The position numbers and the translations under genes were made by a program. The notes under the pieces were generated by a model that was given only the letters and a program-made list of their open reading frames with translations, did no database searches and was not told the origin of the DNA. DNA of 61,735 bases, filler included, from Actinomycetota bacterium (GTDB taxonomy: Bacteria; Actinomycetota; Acidimicrobiia; Spongiisociales; UBA4744), in assembly GCA_013152275.1 (NCBI GenBank). It is 7 parts of 7 records of this genome, joined end to end, with 100 filler letters (N's around TTAATTAATTAA, not from the genome) between each part and the next. Parts side by side here need not be neighbours in the genome. Positions count along the whole stretch, not along the records: positions 56,534 to 61,735 come from JAADGS010000009.1; 6 more parts are not named here. One strand, written 5' to 3'. Below, one piece after another: positions 61,306 to 61,735 of this stretch. Positions within the stretch are counted from its first letter, which is position 1. Each line of letters begins with the position of its first letter.

Positions 61306-61598
61306 ATGTCCTTCTGTCGAAATCAGCGCGCGACAACAGGTCTGATCCGTACACAAACACAGTGTGGCAGCGATGGTGTTCGTTTCCGGTGAACCGGTTG
61401 CCCGGACAGGCAAGGAAGCGGCCGTCTCCGAAGGAGGGCAGCGGAGGTCTTCTGGACGGCCGGTCATCGGCCCGTACTCGAGGGGGCCGACTTGCTGGAA
61501 GTAGTGAGACGACGGTGCCGCTGGCGCACTGCCCGCTACCCGGAAAGTGGCAGGTTGGTGATGCCTATTGGAACGATGGCGTCCAGGGAAGGGAGGAG

Positions 61599-61735
61599 AT
61601 GATGAGGCGACTCATGGTCACGGTAACGGTCCTGGCGATGCTCATGGTGTTGGCGGCCGCACCAGCACTTGCGGCGAATGTGTCCGCCAATTGCGGAACC
61701 GGCGGCTTCTTCTACACACGCGGCACCGCGGACTA
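61599..61735 (+). CDS. Secreted peptide precursor 3 (3' partial)
   Basis: GGGAGGAG RBS; MMRRLMVTVTVLAMLMVLAAAPALA|ANVSANCGTGGFFYTRGTAD. Confidence 0.8.
   Translation, partial: MMRRLMVTVTVLAMLMVLAAAPALAANVSANCGTGGFFYTRGTAD

Overview
High-GC actinobacterial DNA (gene content suggests Acidimicrobiia). The window is seven unrelated contigs joined by 100-nt N/TTAATTAATTAA/N linkers (28841-28940, 34444-34543, 40039-40138, 45575-45674, 51037-51136, 56434-56533), so adjacency across linkers means nothing. Contig 1 has an E2 acyltransferase, a LipB-LipA fusion, a sulfate-activation operon, tkt, six CWB2 surface proteins, wecB and a frameshift-split glucuronyl C5-epimerase-like gene. Contig 2 has alkD, an ECF sigma with a membrane partner, an ABC-F and a NifX-like protein. 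Contig 3 has a WYL regulator and a decayed island at a tRNA-Met remnant whose T-arm is split twice by a related ~160-bp insert. Contig 4 has an ABC permease and three lipoproteins. Contig 5 is a defence-like island (DUF1883, HipA-like kinase, HIRAN, HEPN-like). Contig 6 has type IV pilus genes and aroC. Contig 7 holds the best candidate for an undescribed system: an ABC exporter followed by tandem cassettes. Each cassette is a copy of the permease 3' end, a putative promoter and a conserved Sec signal peptide, followed by a variable Cys-containing secreted peptide and a 4-Cys lipoprotein. DNA identity between the first two cassettes stops exactly at the predicted signal-peptidase site. All calls come from motif reading by eye; no searches were run.
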